Shown here one piece after another: positions 52,077 to 64,000 of a stretch of DNA of 64,000 bases. Origin of the DNA: Octopus bimaculoides (Eukaryota). A program made the translations under genes and the position numbers. Location: assembly GCF_001194135.2 (NCBI RefSeq), contig NC_068990.1, forward strand, positions 66,761,956 to 66,825,955, given 5' to 3'. A model generated the notes under the pieces. That model was given only the letters and a program-made list of their open reading frames with translations, made no database searches and was not told the DNA's origin. Each line of letters starts with the position of its first letter. Position 1 is the first letter of the stretch.

Positions 52077-53109
52077 NNNNNNNNNNNNNNNNNNNNNNNN
52101 NNNNNNNNNNNNNNNNNNNNNNNNNNNNNNNNNNNNNNNNNNNNNNNNNNNNNNNNNNNNNNNNNNNNNNNNNNNNNNNNNNNNNNNNNNNNNNNNNNNN
52201 NNNNNNNNNNNNNNNNNNNNNNNNNNNNNNNNNNNNNNNNNNNNNNNNNNNNNNNNNNNNNNNNNNNNNNNNNNNNNNNNNNNNNNNNNNNNNNNNNNNN
52301 NNNNNNNNNNNNNNNNNNNNNNNNNNNNNNNNNNNNNNNNNNNNNNNNNNNNNNNNNNNNNNNNNNNNNNNNNNNNNNNNNNNNNNNNNNNNNNNNNNNN
52401 NNNNNNNNNNNNNNNNNNNNNNNNNNNNNNNNNNNNNNNNNNNNNNNNNNNNNNNNNNNNNNNNNNNNNNNNNNNNNNNNNNNNNNNNNNNNNNNNNNNN
52501 NNNNNNNNNNNNNNNNNNNNNNNNNNNNNNNNNNNNNNNNNNNNNNNNNNNNNNNNNNNNNNNNNNNNNNNNNNNNNNNNNNNNNNNNNNNNNNNNNNNN
52601 NNNNNNNNNNNNNNNNNNNNNNNNNNNNNNNNNNNNNNNNNNNNNNNNNNNNNNNNNNNNNNNNNNNNNNNNNNNNNNNNNNNNNNNNNNNNNNNNNNNN
52701 NNNNNNNNNNNNNNNNNNNNNNNNNNNNNNNNNNNNNNNNNNNNNNNNNNNNNNNNNNNNNNNNNNNNNNNNNNNNNNNNNNNNNNNNNNNNNNNNNNNN
52801 NNNNNNNNNNNNNNNNNNNNNNNNNNNNNNNNNNNNNNNNNNNNNNNNNNNNNNNNNNNNNNNNNNNNNNNNNNNNNNNNNNNNNNNNNNNNNNNNNNNN
52901 NNNNNNNNNNNNNNNNNNNNNNNNNNNNNNATATATATATTTAATACGACGGACTTCTCCCAGTTTCCGTCTACCAAATTCTTCACAAGGCTTTGGTCGG
53001 CCCGAGGCTATGGTAGAAGACACTTGGCCAAGGTGCCACGCAGTCAGACAGAAACCGAAACCGCGTGGTTGGGAGGCAAGCGTCTTACCACACTGCCAAG
53101 CTTGTAGTC

Positions 53110-53560
53110 ATCTCGATTTCCTGTGTGGAACTCACAGGGCTGGGTAACTGCCCTCACACATGATGACGATGGCTGACATACTGTTGAGTTTTTCGCCTGT
53201 ATTACTGCTGCAGAGGATATGTGATATGAAGCCTTTATCATATATAGGTTACACCGAGAAACATGCATCAGTCGAGAGTATAGTAATAAAATCACTCTCC
53301 TACAAATCTGTTTCGGTTAAGTGACTGCTAAATCGTATGATTTAGATAGAATATTCCATTCCAAATCAAATTGTTTATTATTGAATATTGTATCTAAATC
53401 TTTTCTGTATGATAAAGATAAATCTTTTTGTTCGCTCTGTAATGATGAAATGTATTTCATACTGTTCTCAGAGAATCCTCTTGTAAACACACGTAAAGAA
53501 CGCGTCTATCGTTGCAAACGTTGGCAAAAATATACCTTTAGTTCCTATAAGTGATTTCTA
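53110..53560 (+). mobile_element. PLE GIY-YIG C-terminal relic
   Basis: TVEFFACITAA, YIGYTEK, and KSFCSLCNDEMYFILFSENPLVNTRKERVYRCKRWQKY resemble the PLE C-terminal C.LC..EK..I.......N.R.E....C.H..K pattern. Confidence 0.5.
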
Positions 53561-54275
53561 CCATTGTATTAAACTCGATCTTTAAATGTCTTCTTACATT
53601 TCACTACCACTAAATATAACTATTTCCATGCCTTTAAACTTTATTTCTATTCATCTATCGTGCTATATTTCTCCACTTTTAATTTTCTGTTAATTTCTTT
53701 CTTCCTCCTCCTTCTCTTTCTATAAATTGTCTTTGATATTATATTTATTAACGGTTTTCTTTTTTAAAATAACGTACAAGCGTTCCATTAATCGTATATG
53801 CAGTAATCACATTCGGTTAAAATGTCTTACTGATGAGTTTTGTTTCTCTTTTTTTCCCCTGCTGAGACGATTGCACTGTTTTACATCATTTTATTCCTTC
53901 TGGAATAATACTAATATTTTCTTCGAAACATATGTTGGAAGTATAAAGATTTGAATAACACCGGCGTTTAACTCCATTTATATANNNNNNNNNNNNNNNN
54001 NNNNNNNNNNNNNNTATATATATATATATATATATATTCTTTTACTTGTTTCATGTCATTTGACTGCGGCCATGATGGAGCAGTGCCTTAAAAGGTTTTA
54101 GACGAAGAAGCGACCCCAGAAACTTATTCTTTGTAAGCCTAGTACTTATTCCACTTGTGTTTTGCCGAACCACTAAGTTACGGGGGCGAAAACAGACCAA
54201 GATCGGTTGTCAAGCGATGGTGGGGGATACAGAGACACATACATACATACATACATACATACATACATACATACA

Positions 54276-54306
<31 letters not shown>

Positions 54307-54691
54307 CTATAATAACTGACACACTTACATATGTAACCAACTGCTGCAGCAGTAACCTAAGAAAATTGTGTCCTCAGAAGTACAAAAGAAAAAGCTAATT
54401 AAAAGACTACGAACAAAACAACCAATGGAACTATAAAATTGTGCAAAACTTTTCGAAAGTATACCATATAAGTACATTGTACATGTTTTAATATGCTATT
54501 ATATGTACGAGTACACATACATAATGCAACTACCAGATTTGCACATGTACTGACACTAAATGCTTGTGCATATGCCCAAATACATGCACAGTTAGTATTG
54601 TTGAAATGCCAATAAAAGATCGTTGGATCAAGATTAAACACCCACTCTTTCTTTATTGGCGATAAATCTAGAAAACAAAACTAAAGAATAG

Positions 54692-54724
<33 letters not shown>

Positions 54725-54729
54725 ATATG

Positions 54730-54761
<32 letters not shown>

Positions 54762-57349
54762 TATATGTATGTATGTATGTACGTATGTATGTATGAATGT
54801 ATGTATGTATGCTTGCATGCATGCATGTATATAAATCATCATCAATTAAAAGTGACGAAGAGAGCAGGGAGCACCAGCTTTGCTAGAGATAAGTTTCAAA
54901 GAACTCCTTAGCCACAGAAGGACATTTTCTACTTATTGACAGGGGAGACACCTCCCCACCGCAACAAGTGGTATTATATTAGCATGCCAGTCTCGCATGG
55001 AATCTAATCCTTACTTTAATACGTGTGGTGAAGCTGAATTCTGCCCTGCTAGTATATATAGACTACACCATAGGAATTTGGTGTAAGCATTAATGATGAG
55101 CATTAAATTCCATGCGAAAATGGCATGGCAATCGAATGTCTTCCCTGCCATAGGCTCATACAGCCGGTTTCCCAGATCTTGTGACACTTGTACCCCGCAC
55201 CCTTGGGCGGGACGCTGGTTCATCGTAAGGTTGCTCATGTTTGCCAGCCAGCTGGTACCGTTACTGGGATTGCCGTTAAACGGAATGTTTTGTTCAAAAA
55301 CACAACGCATCACCTGGTCCAGGAACCGAAGCTACAATCATGGGAATAAAACATTAACCCTTAACTCACGCCTTCCCCCCCCACACATACATACATATAC
55401 ACACAGAAAAGCACACCGTTTGACAACCAGTGTTAGTTTGTTTACATCCTTTAAAGACTAAGTACCACTTTTAACAAGGAAAATAGTACTGCAATCATTT
55501 GTTCATTTGTTCGACTGAAACCCTTTGAGGTGGTACCCCAGCATGACCGCAAAAGTAAAAGTTATACATACATTTATATGTGTGTGTATGTACATACACA
55601 CACGTTTTTAGTTTATTTTCTCGTTTATATCACCCAAACTAAACACACACGCGCGCACTCCCTCCCNNNNNNNNNNNNNNNNNNNNNNNNNNNNNNNNNN
55701 NNNNNNNNNNNNNNNTCACTCACTCACTCACTCTTTCTACCACCTGTCTGTTTCTTTCTCTGCCTTATAAATTTCTATCTCTAAATCTTTTGCTTTTTCT
55801 ATTTTATATTCTCTGTATGATCCACGCTTCTTAAATGGGTGAGTAGCTATTGATGCTGCAATTAATGAAAAGATGTACCGTTTTTAATGGTAAAATAAGA
55901 TGTTATCTTCTTTCGTTTCAACACACGTTCACACTAATGTAAATAATCGTAAACTAACAGCACTACTTTGTCGCTGTGCCATAATTAACCACTTATACAA
56001 CTGCCTCCATCAACCCCATTCACATCACTAAAATCACTGCTAAAAGCATACCATTAGCTCAATGGCCAACGAAGCAGCTTCTATGTGACTGGTCGATCTG
56101 CTGGAATTAGTTAGCTACCAAATGTTCTTGAAATCACACCATGTTTTTGATCCTATGTCTTCTCGACCAGTGGTGACCTCAGCCCAAACAACAAAACCAC
56201 TGATGTAAAACTACTGCTTCTTTATACACCAGAATCTCAAAATTAACCAACTCTGCCATAATTCCAGTGATAATTCTTTCTAATTTTGACACAAGATCAG
56301 CAGTTATGATGGGAGAGGAGATCAATTTCATTGACATCAAATCTAATCTGGTACTAACTCTGCGTCTAACCTGAAAACATGAAAAAGTCGAGTATTTGAA
56401 CTCAGAACATAAAGAGCCAAAACGCATACCACAAAGCGTTTTGTCGTACTTATGGTTCTGTCACCTCAATGTCTTTCTTTCTCCCAGTAAAAATTCTTTC
56501 TAAATTTTGGCCCAAGACCAGTAGTTTTCAGGGGAGGGTTAAATCAATTATATCAACCGTCATACTTTCTCTCAGTAATAATAATAATACCATTACTACC
56601 ATTCAAACTCAATCAAAGCAATACGGTAAGTATTTCTAGTACGTTTAATCCATCCCACCACCACCAGCACCACCATCATTACCTCCACCAATGTCCTAAC
56701 TCTCTTCTCGTTCTCATCTATCAACCCCCAATTATTTGAAACAACTTTTACCTATTACGACTCCCCACGATAGCTGTTATGATAACCGTCATTACACCGA
56801 AACCAACACTATTATTAATCGAACTAAAGCTACCAATATCTCTATCACTGTCCCCCGTTTCTCCTCCACCTCTACTACCAACACCATAACCGTTACCCTA
56901 ATCTAGACCAATATTACCCTACCACTACAACGTCATTTTCAACACCACCTCAAACCCACCAACCGGTAAGGTATCCACCATTATCGTATTTATTGCATCT
57001 CATTTTCTCGACGCCATCTTTAAGTACATTTTCGTTTTAAAGTGTTTCACGGGAGGATCTATTCATAGTCTAATAATTAAAAAGCTTTTATATATTTATT
57101 TGAATATTTTTACAAAATGACTATTTTTCTTTTCGAGGTGTCTGGTAAAAGATTTGAAAATTATTTCTGCACTATTTTTACTTTGATTTTACATAGACCT
57201 TACACACACACACACATACACACATACATACACGCACACACACACACGCGGGCACGCACACGCACACACACACACGCACACACACACACGGTGTGTTTAC
57301 AAGAACTACTGAATAAATACTAGTGTAAGAAATAAAGAAAGAAGAGGAG

Positions 57350-57630
57350 GAGATGATAATGATGATGACGACGACGACGACGATGATGGTGATGATGGTG
57401 ATGACGACGACGACGACGATGACGATGATGATGATCATGAGGATGGTGATGATGACGACGATGATGTGGCAAGTGGTGAAGATGATTGATTTTGTTGGGG
57501 GTTGTGAGATGGTTACGATGATAGTGCTGATGATAATGATGTTGATGATTGTACTGTTGTTTGTGGTGGTGGTGGTGGTGGTGGTAGTAATGGTGGGATC
57601 ATGAAGATGGTAATGATGGTGTTAGTGATG
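57350..57630. repeat. Degenerate (GAT)/(GAC)/(GGT) trinucleotide tract
   Basis: Read directly. Confidence 0.9.
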
Positions 57631-57731
57631 ATGTTTTTTTTGTTTTTTCTTTGTTTTTTTACGAGCACAAGTATGAGAATATTAACGAATCATTATATCA
57701 TCGATCAATACGTTCGTATTTTTATTTCATA

Positions 57732-57749
57732 CTGACTTTTTTTTTTCAG
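57732..57749 (+). promoter_or_regulatory. 3' splice site: branch point CTGAC, poly-T tract and CAG
   Basis: ACTGACTTTTTTTTTTCAG|G directly precedes the long open frame. Confidence 0.75.
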
Positions 57750-59937
57750 GTCCTTCCATGATGTGCTACATAAACTGATCACCTATCATACTTGGACATT
57801 GAACAAACATCATCACGGTACATACCGCTTTCATGACAATGTCCTCCTTATATTCCTGATAATATCTTTGATTATGTTAATTAATTATTTGATGAATCTG
57901 TTGGTACCATTGGAGAAAACCGAAGGAAAAGCATTTACTAATTTAGGTCACAAACTTCCCGCGTATATCTTTGTCGATTTCCTGGTATTTTTCATCCCTC
58001 TTATATTTGAGCATCTCCTTAGAAATATAAATGTGAAAGATGCAATTCTGAAAAATAAAGGTCAGCGTTTTCCACATCAACTTCCACTTGAGGAATATGA
58101 ACATTTTTGTGTAGATGATAAATTTGCCGAATATCTACATCTGATTTTTTGTAACCTAGGAATCCATCGATGTGATAGTAAATATGATACAAGCAGTGAG
58201 GTGGATATTGATGACGTATACATGGAACACATGAAAGAATTTGTTAGGAAGGAAGACATGACTGAAAGTTTGATATCTCATTGGTGGCCTGACCTTGAAC
58301 AGTATAATGGATGCTGTCTGTGTACATTTAATGAACATTTAGACAAAGCAGAAAAGCGCAACTGTTTTGTTTTCAGAGATGAAATAGCTCCCATTGTTAA
58401 TTTAAATGAATATGCGTTTTCCATTTTGATTTTACGTTGTTGTTGTTGTTTGAGGAGTTTAAATGGTAACTACAACGAATTCCCGTCTCTCTCAACTGAC
58501 ACATACAGAGATAAAATAATTAAGAAATTCGTTAATTCTTTATTTCTTCTGTTGCATTTGTGCCGAGAGTTTTATCTGAATTATTCGAAAACAATCAATT
58601 TATCAAGTGTTTACAACACCTACAAGGCCGTCGTGTATGAAATACTTCATTATTATATACATTGCATTCTCCGGTCCAAAAGCAGTCAAGAAAGTAGTGA
58701 ACTTCGTATTGATGAAGTAATAATAATAAACGATGCGAACTCCGTCCAAAAAGATATTTTTCCGGCCAAGCGTAAATTCATTAACATGGTAAATTCATTA
58801 ACATGGTTTTGCAATCGACAGTTTCATGGATCAACACGACATCCCAGTGATTTAAAAGAAACTTCAGAAATCAGTGAATTACCAAACCAATATCTTCCTT
58901 TGTTTAATCATTTAGACAAGGCGTTGGAAATAATAATCGATGCAGTAATTTATGTCGTTTACCAACAGAAATACGCCAGCGAAAATGAAAAATTGAATGC
59001 TAGCATGCTGCAGGAAATATTTTCTTATGCTTCCGATATTCTAGAGACTTGTGTTTATATTGAAAATTCAAGCGAAGAATTGATCAATAAAATAGACACC
59101 AATATATCCCAGCACAAATTTCTGTATATATATACCATTGTACAAGGTGATGACTCACAAAACCCCAACTTTCACGAGCTGCAGTTATATTTCCAGAGGA
59201 GCGTACACGACTACGAAGTTCTGATCAAAAATGCTATTGATACTGTCGAGAATAACATTATCGATTCATTTTTCTCAGAGGCGTTGTTACCTTATTTACA
59301 AGAACAATTCCCAAACGAGAATGTAGAATTTCCAGCAGAAACAGAAATTAAAATGTTATGCAAAAAAGTTATAGCAGAATCTGAAGAGGAAGTCAACAAA
59401 GAAAATATAATCCCGATGTTTATTTTTGCCCGCCTCACTCTATTCTGGGGAATTGCTGTTTATGTTCAAGACAACGAATATGTGTTTAGTGGTAAATTAA
59501 CAGGACAAAGATTATTAAGTAATATACTTTCTGTTGTTAAGACTAACAGTCATCTTTATTATCCACTGAAAATTTGTTTACTTGAAGCTGGAATATGTGA
59601 ATATTGCAGCGAAAAATCCGAATTAAATCACCAATGGTACGCTTATTATATGAAGCTTTTTTCAAGACCATTTTTGAAATGGAGGATAATCTTTAATTTT
59701 TTATTCGAATTGGAAAACAAATTAAAAGCCGCTGTATTTCATTGTGTAGAAAACATCATGACTCATACATTTGAAATGCAGTCACCGCATGTCTCTATAT
59801 ATTATGCATCAGTTGTCATTGACCAGCAGTCATGTGTGGTGGTCAACTTTGTCAAGAGTTTTGTAGCAGATCGGCTCGGTTACCTCGACACGAATCCGTC
59901 AACACCTACTTTCGCAGAGAATCAATACAAAGAACAG
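57750..59937 (+). CDS. Large internal coding exon (~729 aa) of an uncharacterised, probably helical protein with two N-terminal hydrophobic segments
   Basis: 2.2 kb of stop-free, complex sequence in AT-rich DNA. Canonical acceptor at 57749/57750 (phase 2) and donor CAG|GTCAGT at 59937/59938 (phase 0). Beyond the donor the ORF turns into (GT)n-derived CVCV text. No transposon or other family motif recognised. Confidence 0.8.
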
Positions 59938-60577
59938 GTCAGTAATTGTGAAAGATATGTGTGTGCGTGTGTGTGTGCTCGTGTGTGCGTTCGTAGGTGT
60001 GTGTATGTATATATATATCAGAAGCAACAGAGTGACTCAAGGGCCACCACATTACTTAAGTTTCTGTGGGCGTAAAATGCGTCTTCAACATACGGACGCG
60101 TTCTCCAAACATCTCCATGAGGTAGTCTCCTCTTATGTCCGTGAAGTAATGTATTGTTGAGTCAAACTGTTATTCAGTACATAAAACGTCAACAAAACTT
60201 TCGTTCACTCACTCGTCTCTCGTTGACATATACACACTCACACATGCACGGACGCACGCACGCACGCACGCACACACAGACACACACTCACACACACACA
60301 CAAATGATATTATTTGTTCTCTCAGACTTATGTCATGTGTTTAGGTTACAATGTTTCATTAGACTATTTTGGCTAATGTCGAGAAGAAGAAAAGAATGTT
60401 TTGATGTGAACGATATGAATATTGTCACAACATCAACAAATTTTCTCCCATCAAACTGCAAATAATAATCCTATATCATTCCTTTATAGATTTTGAATCC
60501 TAGCTTTTTCAAACTTCGTAGAAATGGGATATATAACGTTGCCCCGTAGAAATATGTGTGTGTGTATGTATGTGTGT

Positions 60578-60620
<43 letters not shown>

Positions 60621-61056
60621 TAACCTATATAGTAGATATATAATAGGGTTAATTCAGCTATATATTATACGAGTAAGTGGACAAATGAAACTAATAGGTC
60701 CTCGACACATTTAGTAGACGTTACGTGTAATATTTAAAACAGTTTGATTCGGCTCCATACGACTTAAAGTTTTCCGGGCGTTTAAGTTATGCACTTGCAG
60801 GCATAGCTTACTGAATCGAAAATCTAAATTTGAGAGCGTCAGGCTTCTGTGAGAGGTCCACGAAATTATATATATATTTACTTATATATGTATATGTATG
60901 TATATATATTTAATTATATACGAATATGTATGTATGTATATNNNNNNNNNNNNNNNNNNNNNNNNNNNNNNNNNNNNNNNNNNNNNNNNNNNNNNNNNNN
61001 NNNNNNNNNNNNNNNNNNNNNNNNNNNNNNNNNNNNNNNNNNNNNNNNNNNNNNNN

Positions 61057-61075
61057 TATATATATATATATATAT

Positions 61076-61129
<54 letters not shown>

Positions 61130-61150
61130 GAGATAGATAGAAAGATATAA
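61057..61150. repeat. (TA)n(GATA)n microsatellite
   Basis: Read directly. Confidence 0.95.
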
Positions 61151-62616
61151 ATACACACATGTTTCTATATTACATTAAGCGATACAAAGTTCAACCACAC
61201 ACGTACAAAAACAACCACAACCACACACACACATACGCACATACACGTGCTATCATTATACACACACACGGACCTGCGCCTATGCACATACCCACACATG
61301 CACACACATAACTTCTTCGCGTGCAATCTCCTGTCTTAGAAAGAAGTTTTTCTTTACCCATTCCCTTCCGATCATTTCAATATGCGATCGCGTGTGTATC
61401 GTTGGCGATTTTCTTTCTCCGTCTTCCCTTCTTTGGACTTTTTCTATATTTCTGATGAAGAGCTTCGCTCGAAATGTGAAATCCTCTTTCTTTTCTTTCC
61501 TTTCCTGGGCGTCCAATAAAACAATATACACAGCACTTTTTCTTTTTTCTTCTTTTTTCTCCTCCTCCTGTTTCCTTTCTCATTGTATACCTATCAACAT
61601 ATTCGCAAATAAACATATTTTCTCACAAGTGCTAATGTCAATTCTAGGGAGTAGGATAAAAAAGATAAGAAAAGGGGTGAAGATGTGATCATCAAGGAAA
61701 AATAAAAATAGAGTTCAAAGAAATGTATATTCCTTTATACATGTATAGTGAAATCCTATATTCTGTGTAATTCCACGTATTGCACGAACAGACATTAAAT
61801 ATTAGTACAACATTCATAAAATAAGAAAATAAAGTCAGAAAATAGAAATATAATTTGAATTCGGTATTTTTTCTAATTCAATCTATTGACTATGTACATT
61901 TAATCAAACAGCATAAATGAGTTTTGTAATAACATGTATATTGTATATTTAGCTAGAAGCCATTCTGCAGGATATAACTTATATAACAAAGCAGGACCTA
62001 CTTAAATGTATTTTTTAGTATCTTTCTTCATTTTGTAGGATTTATTTTTCATTTTCTTGCTTGCTTGGATAACATAATTCAAAAGAGATCTTTTTCACGA
62101 ATATCTGATCATTTTTACTGAAGAATATTACGTTATTAACATTGGAGCAGAATTCAGAAACAACATTAACAGTATAATATAAACGTTTTCTCTTCAACTA
62201 TCATCGTTACTATTTCAAAAATGATAAAATGGTAAAATGACCATGAAGAAGCTTTCTTGACAGACACCATCGATGTCATTTTACATAGTATGTGAATATT
62301 GTTAGACAGCAATATAGCGTTCATTCGAGCATTCATTTGCATTATTTCTCTCTAGTCGTATGAGCTGGCCACAGCGTTTGCGTGAGTTAACCATGTAATG
62401 TTCATAGTATGTTTCATTTGTCTCTGTTGCTCTTTCCGATCTTTTTAACAAAATGTAGTTCCACTGCTTCTCTTTCAAACATTTAATTTTGAAGAGAACT
62501 TTTTTATGAATTGTAGCTTCATTGCTTTTCGGAACTTTGGGTCAGATGCGGGCTCAGTGGAATCTTGCGTAATTCCTCTTGTGTGTGTGTGTGTATGCCA
62601 TCACGCATCACACACA

Positions 62617-62657
<41 letters not shown>

Positions 62658-63939
62658 TTATATTTATTTATTTATATTTATATATTATATATATTTTTTA
62701 TATATAATTTATTGGGTGAATAATATATGTTCATCCTTTAACTGGAATTTTTTCCTATGATTTCTTCATACATTACTTCCGAATTTTCTTATATAAATTC
62801 GTATAGGTATGAAAGCTTGTATAGAAATAATCAGTATATGATAACTTATCAAACAAAGTTCAACAAATTCAATCATATTTAATGTGATTGAGAAGATTAG
62901 ATGTTAAGATAGATTATAGTTTTTATTTTCAATGTTTCCATACAGTTGTTTCATACAAATGTCCTCAGGTATTTATAAATAGAAAATCGTATTAGTCTTA
63001 TTTGTACTCGTCAGTAGCTAATAAAAAAACTAAAAAAGACTATTAAAGTACATAGTCTTTTTTTTTTAGCTATTATTTGGGGATTCTATATTCTTTCTTC
63101 CAGTCATATTTATTTAAATCTAGACTAAACATATATAGTAAGTGGGTGCTAATATATATAATATTAAAACTGACATTCTCTCCATAAAATCCAACACGTG
63201 TCTCTATTTAAAACTTCTTAAATAAATGTTTATACTAGTAAAGCTGTATTTGTATGTACCTTGTGAAATACCAAATAAGGAGATATATGTATTTTCAAAT
63301 ACATGTTTAGTTTTTATTTAACCGTCAGTTCTCCTTTCGACTTAAAATTTTTAGAAAATTGGTGATTAGTACTAATACTAAGCAATAATTTCTGGTTTAT
63401 AAAAATTATAATTTGATATGTATTGTTAATAATAGGTATAATATTCATAGACAAAATAGGAGTTATATGTCTTAATTAATTATCTAGCCACAGCTTGATA
63501 TATTCTACAAGAGATTTAGAAATAAATACTATACGAGTAAAAAGGTCTAAAAAGGGGTATTACTTACGTGATAAACTTATATATAATCAGATATAGAGTC
63601 ATTTAGTATATAAGAAAAGTTTTTTTTGTTAGTGTGTGTCGAAATAGTTGAATTTATTATTATAGTTGTGTATATTTTTGTTGTGCATGTTTTCAGAGTG
63701 AAAAACGAACCAAAAATAAACTGGTGCAATTTATAGTAATGTAGGAAAGACAATAATTAATATACCTTAATATTTATGGATACAACATAGGCGTACATAG
63801 ATTTACATATTCAAAAGGTAAACAAACATACACACTGACATAGAAATATGTACACGCATATTCTTGCGTATACATACCAAGACACATATCCGCATACATA
63901 CCCATACAACAATATATACATATATATACATACATACAC

Positions 63940-64000
<61 letters not shown>

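Noticed and set aside
58560-58690. Faint resemblance of LSSVYNTYKAVVYEILHYYIHCILRSK to Mab21/cGAS C-terminal helices
   Set aside because: The spacing is wrong and no nucleotidyltransferase GS..E/D motif is visible; not claimed without a profile search.
59938-60075. C-terminal 45 aa of the 770-aa ORF, and its GTG start at 57763
   Set aside because: The tail follows a canonical donor and is (GT)n-derived; the start lies just inside a canonical acceptor. The ORF is better read as an internal exon.
62039-62290. Possible next exon (acceptor TTTTGTAG|G, later donor-like GTATGT)
   Set aside because: The required phase-0 frame stops after 12 codons (DLFFIFLLAWIT*) and the other frames also close. 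It could be a short terminal exon but is unsupported.

Overview
AT-rich, repeat-dense eukaryotic DNA from a gapped short-read scaffold. There are 16 N-runs (about 5.5 kb), mostly flanked by microsatellites. The SINE families and the (CA)/(TA)/(TATG) tracts resemble what I recall of octopus genomes; this taxonomy is an inference. Nearly all short ORFs in the track are microsatellite or N artefacts. Only one cellular coding segment is well supported: a 2188-bp plus-strand exon (57750-59937, about 729 codons) with a branch point, acceptor and donor, encoding a protein I do not recognise that has two N-terminal hydrophobic helices. A CpG-rich, phase-compatible candidate upstream exon lies at 26419-26522, about 31 kb away. 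The rest is decayed mobile DNA: mariner relics, several Penelope-like element (PLE) pieces (one RT+GIY-YIG copy bracketed by ~500-bp inverted repeats), R4/Dong-type RLE LINE 3' ends, RTE and CR1/L2-type LINE relics, a possible Gypsy RT relic, Helitron-like and MITE-like elements, and at least four tRNA-headed SINE families. A compact hammerhead-ribozyme-like motif with one core substitution lies on the minus strand at 38340-38376. I found no rRNA, genuine tRNA or CRISPR array.
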